Part shown: positions 1-11,466 of the stretch, piece by piece
Layout: each line of letters starts with the position of its first letter
Numbering within the stretch: the first letter of the stretch is position 1
Assembly (NCBI RefSeq): GCF_025526975.1
Contig: NW_026515670.1
Coordinates: 1,302,001-1,366,000, forward strand
DNA length: 64,000 nucleotides
Direction of reading: 5' to 3'
Origin: Fimicolochytrium jonesii
Lineage: Eukaryota
Translations under genes and position numbers: made by a program
The notes under the pieces: generated by a model
Told to the model about the DNA's origin: nothing
The model's input: the letters and a program-made list of their open reading frames with translations, nothing else
Database searches by the model: none

Positions 1-505
1 GTTTCACGGGCGCGACAGTTTCAGGAGTATATGACTCTTAAGCTCATTCTTATTTGGATTCGCAGGACCTCGTTATATATCTCGTATTCCGTGCCATTCG
101 TGCATAGAGCTTCATTACCACAACTTTGCAACGATTTTGACCAACATGATGACCACTTTGTAAATTCCCATCCGAATGCCATCTTCGCTTTGCTCCTGAG
201 GAGAAGCACCACGTACGCCCAACAAGCAATGTGATTACTGTTTACCACTATCATCCTCTGTGTCTGTAAGTGTTCCGTTTTATGATTCTCTGCCGGATTC
301 GAGAGGTCCATCAGAAACTCATTGCCTTCTTCTGCCATTCGCAGCGGGTTTCACCCATTCACTATCTTGTCCCGCAACACCTACTCTTCGGAAATTATCC
401 GGTCGCACATATCGCACGCGCATTCCCAATTTTGTTTTTCAGGCCCTTCAGTCATCAACCATATTCCCACGCACCTATCACGAGATTGAGACTCATCTCA
501 CAGCA

Positions 506-1954
506 ATGGCCCGTATCGATCCCAACGATCCTCAATGTCTACTCGGCATGAAAATCGGCCCCGGCGACCATCTGACCTTGCACCACGTGCTCGGCGTTGG
601 CTCATTCGCCGTCGTGTACGAGGCCTCCTCCACTAGGTCGCCCTCTACCCAATACGCGGTCAAGGCGTTGTTCAAGCAGAACCTGGAACCTGAACAACTC
701 GCCGCTCAAAAGCTCGAGGCTGAAATCATGTCTACCATCCTTCCTCAGCACGACAACGTCGTTAGAATCTATGATGTCATCGACACCAAGGATTGCCTCT
801 TCCTCGTCATGGAAAACTGCGAGGGAGACTTGTTTGAGATGCTCGAGACCGGCGGCCTGCGAGAGGATGACGTATCCTTCTACTTCAATCAGATATGCGC
901 TGCCGTCTTGCACGCTCACGACCACGGCATCTATCATCGCGATCTCAAGCCCGAGAACATTCTTGTCTCATCGGACATGCTCAAGCTCTCCGACTTTGGT
1001 CTTGCCACGACAGAGAAGAAGTCCAGGGAAATTGGCGTCGGATCGGTTCGTTACATGTCCCCTGAATGTTTCGATGGTTATGACTACGACTGTGCTTCGA
1101 ACGATGCGTGGGCGCTTGGAATCATCCTTATCAATCTCGTGACCGGTACGAACCCCTGGATCGAGCCGTCTGTGCGCTCCGATATCAACTACGCTCAGTT
1201 TGACAAGGAAGGCGTCGAGTGCCTGAAGAGACGGTTCGGTTTCACTGACGAGTTCACTCAAGTTTTGGATCAGATCTTCCGCCTTCGCGTCGGAGTTGAG
1301 CGCATGTGCGAACTCGTGGCTCAGACCAAGACTTTTGTCAACCCGATTGTTGATGAAGACGTCGATGAGCGTCAGTACCGCGTGCCGGATGTTGTGGTCA
1401 GCAGCCCAATTGATACACCTGCGAAGCCGACTACGTTCACGCCCGTCGGTGTCAGCTCTAGCCCGTTCTCTATCACTGGGTTCGACTGGGCTGCGGACGA
1501 TGATGAGATGGACTACAGCGTTCTCCCCGTCTTTGGGACATCGCCCACGAAAATCGATTCCGACGCGGGAATGGAAAGTCAAAAGGGGAAACTGGCTCTC
1601 AGCGACAAGCAAAGCAACTCTTCGTCCGTCCGGTCCACAGTTTCTGACGATGAGTCTCCGTTCGCCTTTGAACAACACGAGGAGGAAGAAGAGGAGGCCG
1701 CCCAAGTTGAACGTGCATCCACACCCACGCCTCCGCCGCCCACTCCCGTGTCCAACCGCCGTGGTCGTCGTCACAACAACAAGCGCCGCCCCGTCGTTCC
1801 CGCAAATGTCAAGCCCAACCCGAACTCACCGGCCATGCCCGCGACCGAGCTCATTCGGAGCACCATCACCAGCCTGCAATGTTTCCTGTCTGGTGTCGGC
1901 GACAAGGTCGTGCAAGAGACCAGGCGTGGGGGCGTGTACGTTGTTGACGTTTGA
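506..1954 (+). CDS. Ser/Thr protein kinase, Ran1/Pat1 (SKS1/VHS1)-like, intronless
   Basis: Kinase motifs [33 protein letters not shown] and GSVRYMSPEC, then a low-complexity tail. First in-frame ATG is at 506. Confidence 0.88.
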   Translation: MARIDPNDPQCLLGMKIGPGDHLTLHHVLGVGSFAVVYEASSTRSPSTQYAVKALFKQNLEPEQLAAQKLEAEIMSTILPQHDNVVRIYDVIDTKDCLFLVMENCEGDLFEMLETGGLREDDVSFYFNQICAAVLHAHDHGIYHRDLKPENILVSSDMLKLSDFGLATTEKKSREIGVGSVRYMSPECFDGYDYDCASNDAWALGIILINLVTGTNPWIEPSVRSDINYAQFDKEGVECLKRRFGFTDEFTQVLDQIFRLRVGVERMCELVAQTKTFVNPIVDEDVDERQYRVPDVVVSSPIDTPAKPTTFTPVGVSSSPFSITGFDWAADDDEMDYSVLPVFGTSPTKIDSDAGMESQKGKLALSDKQSNSSSVRSTVSDDESPFAFEQHEEEEEEAAQVERASTPTPPPPTPVSNRRGRRHNNKRRPVVPANVKPNPNSPAMPATELIRSTITSLQCFLSGVGDKVVQETRRGGVYVVDV

Positions 1955-2527
1955 GTACCGGTGAGGCGATAACTCTATTCCCACATCGATTCAAGACAGA
2001 CGAAGAATTTTCCTTCCTCTCCCTTGTTGCTGGGTATGATCCTCACCTTCGAACTCGCCGAGCCCGGACCCATCGCAGAAAACAAAACATTCTTGATGGA
2101 AAACGATTCATTTTTCCGTGTGCGGCGTACGCTACTCCTTTAACATTTCCCTAAGCGAGCCATGCATCACTGAGAAAGGAACATATACAAAAATAACCCC
2201 ACAATCCCAAAGAACTCCTCATGTGCTTGTCTTCTCCTCTCCTGTGGACCTCCTCTCCCATGTTCTCCCCTCCCCTCTCCCCTTCTTCGTCGCGCTTCCC
2301 GTTTGCTCTGTCGGTGCGCCCGACACGATACACTTTTAAGATAAGAACATGAAAAGTGTTGTGCATATCGAATTGAAAGTGTGTTGGCTTCTTGAGTCTT
2401 GACAAATGCGCTCTTCACATAAACGTGTCTGGCGATGCGGGTACGATTAGAGCATACCACAGGATACGGTCATCTTGGCGGAATACGTATCATTTCTGTA
2501 TCACTTTGAACACCCTGCATTCATCAA

Positions 2528-2610
2528 GGCGAGATGGCCGAGTTGGTCTAAGGCGTCAGGTTAAGGCCCTGATCTCTCCGGAGGCGTGGGTTCAAATCCC
2601 ACTCTCGTCA
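2528..2610 (+). tRNA. tRNA-Leu(AAG)
   Basis: Acceptor stem GGCGAGA/TCTCGTC-A, A-box TGGCCGAGTTGG, anticodon arm TCAGG-TTAAGGC-CCTGA, long variable arm, B-box GGTTCAAATCC. Confidence 0.97.
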
Positions 2611-2613
2611 CAA

Positions 2614-2621
2614 TTTTTTTT
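2614..2621 (+). terminator. RNA Pol III oligo-T terminator of tRNA-Leu copy 1
   Basis: T8 run 3 nt after the discriminator base. Confidence 0.8.
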
Positions 2622-2717
2622 GCTTTTTGCCATCAGATTCTAGTTCTTCTTGAGTGGAGGGATGAGAGGAGGGATGAGAGGATTGTGGAATACGGCGCCC
2701 TGCGTGGTGCCCGGGGC

Positions 2718-3439
2718 ATGATGGACTCTCGCTTCCACCCGTACGGCCGTCCCGCAGGCGGCGGATATAGGGGATCCAGCCGTGCTGATGTCTCGAGGCG
2801 CAGCGAGCGCTACGTTGGGTACGGCGGCGTGCCCCACGGACCTCGCGGTGGACCCATCATGCAACGGGGCGACTGGAGGTGCGAGAGAACCGGCTGCGGT
2901 TTCCAAAATTTTGCCTCGCGAAAGGAATGCTTACGTTGGGGGTCGCGCCGCCCAAACCGCAGCGGCAATGGGCGGGGCCGTGGGGTGTTGGGGGGCGGGG
3001 GCTCCCACATCCCAACGAAGAGTCGCCTTCATGGGCGCAAGGTGAAACGCCTTGATTCGGCGGCAATTCAGTAACAGATGGGGAGAAACCCATGCGACAA
3101 TTTACTGTGGAGCATTAGTGGGGCCGCTGGCGACGTGAGAGCCATGCAAGCCTTCGCCGCCGCTAATGCCCGCACCTTGATCTCTCGCTGCACGCTGTGG
3201 CCAATGTCAAATGCGTAGCGCACATGTGCCGAAGATGTTGCATGATCGTTCAGACCCCTGGACAGTGTTCCGTGCATCAACAAGAAGCAGAATCGGATGA
3301 TTCAGAGGCGAAATGGGAGGAGGATCGGGCGGATAAGGAATCCTACAAGCGGATGGGAGATATGAATTGGGATCGAGGGGAGAGAGAAGATAGGGAGGAT
3401 GTCGAGGGCGGGGAAAAAAGGGAAGGGGTTAGGGAGTAG
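2718..3439 (+). pseudogene. Degraded RanBP2-type zinc-finger/RGG gene with a second Cys/His cluster
   Basis: GDWRCERTGCGFQNFASRKECLRW has the last Cys replaced by Trp, and a stop follows at 3074. The downstream CVAHMCRRCC...QCSVH cluster is preceded by an in-frame TAA. Confidence 0.5.
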
Positions 3440-3466
3440 TGATTTGGGGGGGTGGAGAGAGAGAGA

Positions 3467-3497
<31 letters not shown>

Positions 3498-3840
3498 GCG
3501 AGCCCAAGAGCCCGGCGCCCCAGCATGGGCTTGCTCTCGCTCGCTCTCAACGACGTCATGGGCGTCGTCGGTGGGGAGCAAAGAACACAATGGAGGGCGA
3601 TGCAGCACGAGTTTACGCAATTTGATCTCTTATGCAGATGAATGGGTTTGGTCTGGGTATGGGATCTGCCACGTCGAGACCCCCGGAGGGCAAAGGCAAC
3701 TACGGTCGCGGGTCGGCGAAAAACACTGCAACCCCAAAGTGCACCCACAAGGAAGTCATACCCTTCTTGTATTTTGTTCTTCCGTTGCAGTGATCTCCAC
3801 GCCCAAGAACTAGAATCTGGTGGCAAAAAGCAAAAAATCG

Positions 3841-3923
3841 TGACGAGAGTGGGATTTGAACCCACGCCTCCGGAGAGATCAGGGCCTTAACCTGACGCCT
3901 TAGACCAACTCGGCCATCTCGCC
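3841..3923 (-). tRNA. tRNA-Leu(AAG), identical second copy
   Basis: Exact reverse complement of 2528-2610; a T6 terminator lies at 3832-3837 on the minus strand. Confidence 0.97.
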
Positions 3924-4500
3924 TTGATGAATGCAGAGTGTTTGCAGTAACACACAAATAATGCACCTTTGTACCAGCTCGCCATGAGTCACACGTTTGC
4001 GAGCTTTGCTGTTGGTTCGACTTTCGGAGCTTTGGCCGTTCATGTACAGCATGAAGGTACCCAAGGCACGCAGACTGCTCAATCACCTTCAGCTGCTCCA
4101 CGTTGACACAGGCATGCAGGCTGAATCATCATGGTCTTCAGTGAAGATTGGCGATCATTCTTTGGAATTTGCCTTTCTTCAGGTCCCTAGGCTACTAGGT
4201 ATCATCAGAGCCTGCATCAGAGCCTCCAGACTCCGTTGAACCTGTATCGCGTTGGTGTGTTGGGTCTCGTAAGGAGTTGCGTCTAGGCAACGAGCGCTAT
4301 AACATCCTTAGGGGCCGCCAACGCAGGTTCGGCCCCGTTTGCTTCTCAGTGGAATAATACGATCCTTGCAAAACACAGTCTCGTGACTACGCAACTAGGG
4401 CCTGACGCCTCCATCAGCAGCGTTTCAAAAACCGTTGTGGCATTCTTCGTCCCAACACAGATGAATTCACCTATTTCCTACTTCTCGGCAGCCCCAAGCC

Positions 4501-6076
4501 TTACTTCCCCGCAATGCCTATTCCCAACCCGCCACGCACACCATCCCTGATTATTGCTTGGCGGGCGTCCATAGCCTCCTTCCTCGTCATTCGTCTGTGA
4601 CCCAGATCATCCACATCTTGCTGCTCATTCTTTCCTCGCCAACGACGCCGACCTGCCCCGACTTCATCTGCCCATGTACACACCCCAGACCCCTCGCCGC
4701 GCGAACCTGCCCAACGCATCCCGTCGCCGCCCACCACATGCTCCTCACCCCGTGGCACAAATCGACTGACCCGGGCAAACGAAATCGCATCGTTGCCCTC
4801 GTATGCACCATGCGTCTCGGAAGTCTGTGTCAGCTTGTAGTGCTTGTCGGATGAGTATTGGAATGACCCGGCTCCCGGCCCCTTCCCCGCTCCAACGCGT
4901 CGCTGCTGACGGCGCTGCCGCTCGTGCGCTGTCGGCTGGTGCGACCGCCGCTGATGAAGGTTGTGCTGTGGTGCGTCCTCACTGAATCCGTCGATAAAGG
5001 CCTTGGGGACTCGGTGGGTCCGTTCGTCATGACCATGCCCTGAGTCCTTCTCATGCTCGTCGCCGTTGCCCTCGGCCGGTAAGGCGGTTCTTGCAGCCAC
5101 GCCCGCCGGGGGTGCGATCGCAGGATCTATCACGTACGATGCTTGCGTTGCTGCGGCCAGCGTTGGATTGAAGTGCGGGAACCCGGCTCGTGTTGCTTCG
5201 GTCCCGCCGAATGCGATCGTGTGTGTTGTCGTTGATCGGCGACTGGTTCAATTGGGCGTTCGGAATGAGTTTGAGAGACGAAGGAGGCGGGAAAGTGTTC
5301 AGTTAGGATGGGAGGCTTGCCGATGAGGAAAGAAGACAACGCAGCCCCTCATTCTTTATTTGTTAGCATAAACCGCTTCGCTTCTTACCTGATGTCCTGG
5401 GAAGTAACCTCCTCGATGCCGCGAATGCGGAAGGTTCCAGCCCTGAACACAGAATGCATGAAGCGTGAGTCTCTCACATTGAAGTCGTAAATAGATGGAT
5501 TTGCCCGTCACCTCTCCTTCAAAGCAGCCTTCCGATTCTCCTCCCGTTCGGCGGTGATACTATGTGCCGCTGGCTTCTTAAAAGACGCCGTAAAGACTGA
5601 AACCCCTGTTGGCTGATCGACACGGTATGCATGGTTTCAGAAAAGAACATGAAGATAAAGTTGGGGAGCAAGCTGGATGTCAGTATGAGTTATCAGGAAT
5701 ATCCGTCAAGATTTAAATAGTGCAAAGCACTTACCGCATCATACCCATGATGCCAAATCGGCAATACCCTAACCCTCTCCTCTTCATGTGCTTCCCCCTC
5801 CTCACCCTGATCCTCTTCCCTCCGCACCTCCTTCGTCGGTCCCACTGCATACCCCATGATGCGCGGCAATACGGCCCCGGCATACTTGGCAAGATTGATG
5901 TTGGATGCTGGGTAACCCGGGAACGCAAGCTTGGCGGCTGTCTGATGTGGCGTGCGGGCTGCCGGATCATTGAAATTGAGGTAGGATGTTGGGATTGCGG
6001 GATCCGCGCCGACGCGGTCCGTTTCGTCAAAAGGAACTGGGACGGATAAGTGGGTTTTGAATATTGAGGCCGCCAT
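4501..6076 (-). CDS. Hypothetical multi-exon protein
   Basis: ORF pieces MAASIFKTHL...(6076-~5730), short exons near 5510-5605 and 5389-5443, and a final exon ending at 4501 are joined by GT-AG introns. No recognisable domain. Confidence 0.5.
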
Positions 6077-6432
6077 GATATCGAGCTCGATGATCCGAGG
6101 CAGATTTGGGAAGTGAAGGGCCGAGGGGCAAGTTATGGCGATGTAAGGCTTGTATACGGCCTTCACGATGTGCAGGCACTGCATATGAGCCTAGACGGTG
6201 TCAGTCAAATTTTCGTTGGTGAAAGAACGACAGCAATTGACAGGATTACGTTGAAAACTCCGACCCGCTGTCAATCTTCCACATTTGTGGTGCTCATTGG
6301 CATGGACCGGTTTAAGGATGACATCCTGTAAGTGAGCAACAGCCATTCCATGTACCATGTGTATATACAAAACGTCAAGGACCCGCCCCTCCAAGTATGC
6401 TGCGGGTCCACTCTATAACCAGGCGGCAACAA

Positions 6433-9400
6433 TCACGCACGCTCCAAGTTCCCTAGCGCGGTGAGAATTTCGTTCACTTGGGCAATAGATTGTGCCGGAG
6501 TGTCCTTATCCAACTTGAAATTCTCCAGGACTGTCTTTAATGAAAGTACCTGCGAGGGGTTATCGGATAGGGTCTAAAGACATTGAGAACATATTTCAAT
6601 CAAGCACCCGTCGTAGATCAGTGACGCCCTGCGGGGGCGATAACACTCACCGCACGACATTCCCCTCGCTGCAAGATCTTCTCGAAGGCTTTGACGGCAT
6701 ATTTCTTGACACCGAAGTATTTGTCCTTTCGTACGCCGGGTCCTTTTTGGTACATCTGATTGACAAGAAAGTGGGATCAGGAGGGAGAAGGCTGTGGACC
6801 GACAACTCGAACCCGGGCTGAAGATGAGAGCGTGGCCGGGTTACACGGACCTCTTTCTTCCCAAGCTGCGGTCTCAGAGCATCCAATACGCTCCATAACT
6901 GCTGCGGATCAAATGGTGCCGCTGTGAGAATGCAAGAATCCACCTGTCCGGGCGAGAATCAAATGTGTAAGCAATTCGATAGACAAGAAGAGCTTGTCCT
7001 CTGTGATGCTCGACCGAAACGTACCAGGCCAACAGCGAATCCGGCCATCTCGACCGGCGCCGACTCCAAGTTGGTCAGCAATTTAGGAAGCCATCTCGTT
7101 GCGATGGTCTCATTCAGAGCTTTGGAAAAAATCAAAACATGGATGCACATCATCAGGCCCAATCTGCCATGTCCAATGAAAATGGACAGGACAATTATAC
7201 ATACATTCGACGGTGCGTTTCGCGAAGTCGGCCCGGACCTGCACCAGAGCCAGCAGTAACCGTAGCTGAATCCATAGGAAGTGTGTCAGAAACGCAATGT
7301 GGAAGCAACATTTACAGCCCAACAGCGAACTCACCATATTTTTGACAACAATGGGCGGTGAACCTTCCGTGTAAGAACGGATGATGAGACTTCTAGAGGC
7401 AAGAGAGCAATAGCCAGGGCCGAACATACCATTTTCAGGATCAGGCACAAGGTTGCTGTCTATGCAAACAAAAAGTTTGGAGTTCGTCGCGAGGGACGTA
7501 TACGTCGCTTCTGCGGCCGTCCTGTTAGGGCCACATATGAAGAGCGTCAAGACAAGGGGACGTTAGTTCAGGGGCCGCCAACACAATCCTCGGCAAAGGT
7601 AACCTTCACGTACCTCAATTGCGCATTGTGAAACCCCTTCTCCAACTCCGTAACCTGATTGCCGAGCACCCGCAGGCATCGACTCCTCAACTCCGCCTGA
7701 ACGCTCATCTTTGCTGCCACGTCGAGTATAGCAGTCATCAGCTCGTCTGGTAGGATCCCATGAGAGGCAGTGACGAGCTCCTGCACGGGTAGGACGGATA
7801 AGCAGCGCTGTGGATCTGTGCTTGCGGAAGACTGCAATGTCTGCGTGGCGAGGGACATGCGGTCGTCAACTTTAGATGGTGCGTTGGCTGCGGGAGGATT
7901 TGCAATTGAGGTCGTTGATGGTACGGAAGTTTCAGTGCTTGTATAGGACGATGCGACGATGGAAGCAGCCAGTTTGGAGGTGGCGGAGTTGGGAGGGCAT
8001 GGAGATTGGAGGATATTCTGAGTGACAGTAGAAGCTGGGCTGTTTGGTGTCGACCGCGGATATGTTGAAGTTGGGGCGGCCGGTTTATGAGCTTTATGTG
8101 GGCTTAACATATCCTTAATCGAAGGGCTCGCTTTGAGTTTCCTAGGCGTCGCCGTGAGCACAGGAGCCAACGCCGACGTCGAATTGCCCTGCTGCGCGGG
8201 CGCATCCTTCAGATACCAGCAAGCGACTCTATCGCCGGTTCGCTTTTCCTTGACTGCAATTTCCCTGATCTTGGCGTCTAGTTGAGTTTTGGGTACATCA
8301 GCAAACAGCACCTTCAATTCCTCTACGAGTTTCGAAATCCCCGTTGATTTGCCGGATATAGCGTCTTTGAGTTCCACCAGCCTATCCTGGGGAAAAGCAG
8401 GCTTCTTCGCGGATGGTTGAAGCGATTTTTTGCCTTGCGCCTCAGTAGCATCTGACACCGGGGTCCCCGAACCATCGGGTGGGTCCTTTTGAACGTGGAA
8501 TGGGCTGATGTTCATAGAAACATCTAAGACACCGTTATCGAAAACAATGATGAGTTCTCGTTCGCTGCGCGCAGGAAGTTTAAGGGGAGAAGGCACTTTC
8601 GTTTACCTGGCAGAAGTGATTGTGCGGTATATTGGCTCAAAGGATGACTACTCTCTCCGCTTTCCAAGTCAGTGGAGAAAAACGGGCCACGTATGTCCGG
8701 CACGAGGGCGGCAAGTACTCCCCACTTCCCGCGCTCCTTTCCTTTCCTTGCTAGCACGGATGTAGGCGACGCCGGTGCAGGTGCATCTGTAAACGAAGCA
8801 AAGAATCAGGTTCAGGTTGCCAGGGCAATAGCGTCACTCAACCGCATTACTTCTAGGTTTTGCTGACTGGTCTTCCTCATCCTTCTCAAGCCCCTCATCA
8901 TCCGAAAGGTAACCATGAGGGACGAGCCAATTGTCCTTCGTAGTCGGAATGTCAATATATCGTTGTCAGTGAAAGGCGGAGAATACGATGTTCATTTGAT
9001 GAAATGGGCACGCACCTCCTCCTCAGCGGCATCCGCCGTAGATTCCGCCTCCGAATCATCGTCAGCCTCACTGACAAGCTCTTCACCAGGTCCGTCCTCC
9101 TCCCACTCCGCTTCAGAGTCGTAGTCGTAGTCCAGGGTGACAGTGTCTCTCGCAAAAGGACGTCGACCGTTGATGACCTTGCTGGTCTTGGTCCAAGTGC
9201 CCCAGTATGGTGGTCGAAGGTCACCGGCAAATTGCAGGAGCTTGTACCGGTAAATCTCCGCTGGGATGGTCTTCACGCTGCCATCGCCGTTCGCATGAAC
9301 GATATCCATGACATCCGCCGGAAGTGTCGATTTCGCACTGGTTGACGGGGCCCTGGAAAATTTCGGTAAACTGACATTTGGCGGAGGGCGAGGGAACAGT

Positions 9401-10973
9401 TTCGCAAGCAAGGCAGCCGAAGGTTTAGGAAAGCGGTTGTATGGGGCGACCGTGATGTTGTCTTTTGCGTGGAATGGTGGAAAGTACTCCCAAAAGGCCT
9501 TCGTTTCCGACACGACCTTCACCGGAGGTGCTGGCTTCACTTCTTCCCGCTGAACCTTCGTGAAGAAGCCGGCGATGCTCTTCTGTTTGCTCTTCTCCGC
9601 ATCCTCCGCATCCTTCTGGGCCCGCTTTATGGCGTCCTTCTTTTCTCGCTCCGCTTTGCGCTCTGCCTCTTTCAGCTCTCTTTCGGCTTTACGCTCCGCT
9701 CCTTTTCTATCCTTCTCGGCCTTCTCCGCCGCCTTTTCTGCCAATTTCTCCGCAGCTCTGCGCTCTTTCTCAAGCTTCTCAGCGGCTTTCTCTGCTGCCT
9801 TCTTCTGCTTCTCACGTTCTTTGGCTTCTTGCTTCGCATCCTGCTTTGCTCTTGGCGTCGAAGCTATCGCTAGTGCCGGTGCAGCTTTAGCCGTGGTTGC
9901 TGGTGGTGGTGCGATTTTATCCTTCTCGCTTTTCGGGAGGGACTTGAAGATAGAATTCAACGCGGACGCAGCTAATATCCGCTTCTGTCGCCGCTGATCG
10001 ACGGTAGTGGCCAGTTCTGGTGGGAACAGAGACATATTTTGCACTTCCCACCTCCAAACTGCAAGATTTGGCGGTGAGATATTGTTGCAGCATACACCAT
10101 AGTTCCGCCTCGCTGCGAGTGACTGAACGGCAGTGGCGATTACATCGGCTGAAAGCACTTCTCCGTCATCAGGCGAGTCTTCTCCAAACCCCGGGGGACA
10201 CAGCGCGTCCTTAATGTGCGATGCCAACGCGTCCAATTCGAGGTGGCTTTCTTCCACGTATCTGGCGACGAGTGAGTGGAAAAGAGGAGGGAATACACTC
10301 AGAGCCTCCCCTTGGGGCAGATCCTCTTTCCATTGGAAGAAGGAGGCGAGATCTGTGATGGTGCTGGGATGTCGTTCAAAGTTGACCTTCTTCTCGCTGA
10401 AGACAACCTTGCCCTTCTTGATATCTACATGGAAAGGCGGTTTGACCTCGGCAGAAGCTGATGAAGACGCTTGTGATGGGGCAGCCTTGTCCAACTTTTG
10501 CTTCTTCCTAGTCGACTTCCGTGTCTCAGCAATAACAGGAGTTGTTCCTGAACTTTCCACTTCGGCTGGAGCTTGAAGGTCCGTTTTTACATCCACGGGG
10601 CCCCCATCGATCAACTCTTCCGCTTTCCGCTTCCCTGCCCCTCTTTCTTGTGAATCGGAGTTTGGTGAAGCCGACTGGGCCGTCGTAGCGGATTCTACAG
10701 ATACATATTCCTTGTTGGGTTGCGCGTGGGAAAATGAGCGGGCTGGCGAACTCAGCGACTCATACCTGTGATGTCCATGGGGCATTCTGCGGGTTCTGTG
10801 CTTGGAAGTGGGGCATGGGAGGGAGACAGAGAGGATGACGGCTGCTGTTGTTGTGGCATCTCCGGTTCCGGTTTTGTCCATGCTTGATGCGGCGTATGTG
10901 GGGACGGGGCAGGTCGCCGAAGAAAGTCGTTGAGTGACGAGCGCTGTCCGACAGGAGTTCGTTTTGGAGGCAT
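6433..10973 (-). CDS. CAC1: Chromatin assembly factor 1 large subunit (p150/Cac1) with long C-terminal extension
   Basis: KER coiled coil, PIP-like QKSIAGFF, CAF1A motif KLLQFAGDLRPPYWGTW...DYDYDSEAEWEE, VPHGYLSDDEG and a winged-helix segment (ISKLVEELK...KIREIAVKE...WYLK). First intron 10695-10765 is phase-consistent. Confidence 0.9.
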
Positions 10974-11466
10974 AACGGACGCAGTCAGGTTGAACGTTCG
11001 TAAACCCGTGTCGGCCTCGCCCCCTGGTCGTTTCCTGCTCTCCACAGGTTGCTTGGCAAAACGTAACGGGAGGGGGAGGGGATTCCGTGGTCTTGTTGGG
11101 ACTTCATTATTGGGACGGCGAACAGCTGCTGAATCCTCGACCCACGGTGCACAGCGCAAACGAAGTGTCCGAAAGTTGATGAAACGTCCGATCGCGCGTG
11201 CGCCGACTTTTGAACGCGTTCAGAATCCGTCATCCCTTGCTGTTCCACGTCCTTTCTGGGCAAGGCTGCCGACGGAGTAGAGTCTGGAAGATGGGCTTTC
11301 TGTGATGTGGTACTACCTGCAATGGGCTTCCCCAGGTCTCATAAGTCTCGACGCGAGTGTTCACAAAGAAGCACCCCGGACAGCGCTAGTGACCAGGTTA
11401 GCATGGAGTCAAAAACAGGCCGTACAAGAACTGAAGATATTCACTATTCCCGCAAAACTGGTGGGG

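Noticed and set aside
260..505. N-terminal extension of the kinase ORF from a GTG start
   Set aside because: This is a eukaryotic gene; the first ATG (506) sits just before the kinase domain and the upstream stretch is not protein-like.
3990..4240. Minus-strand protein-like fragment beside tRNA copy 2
   Set aside because: Several stops and no recognisable motif.
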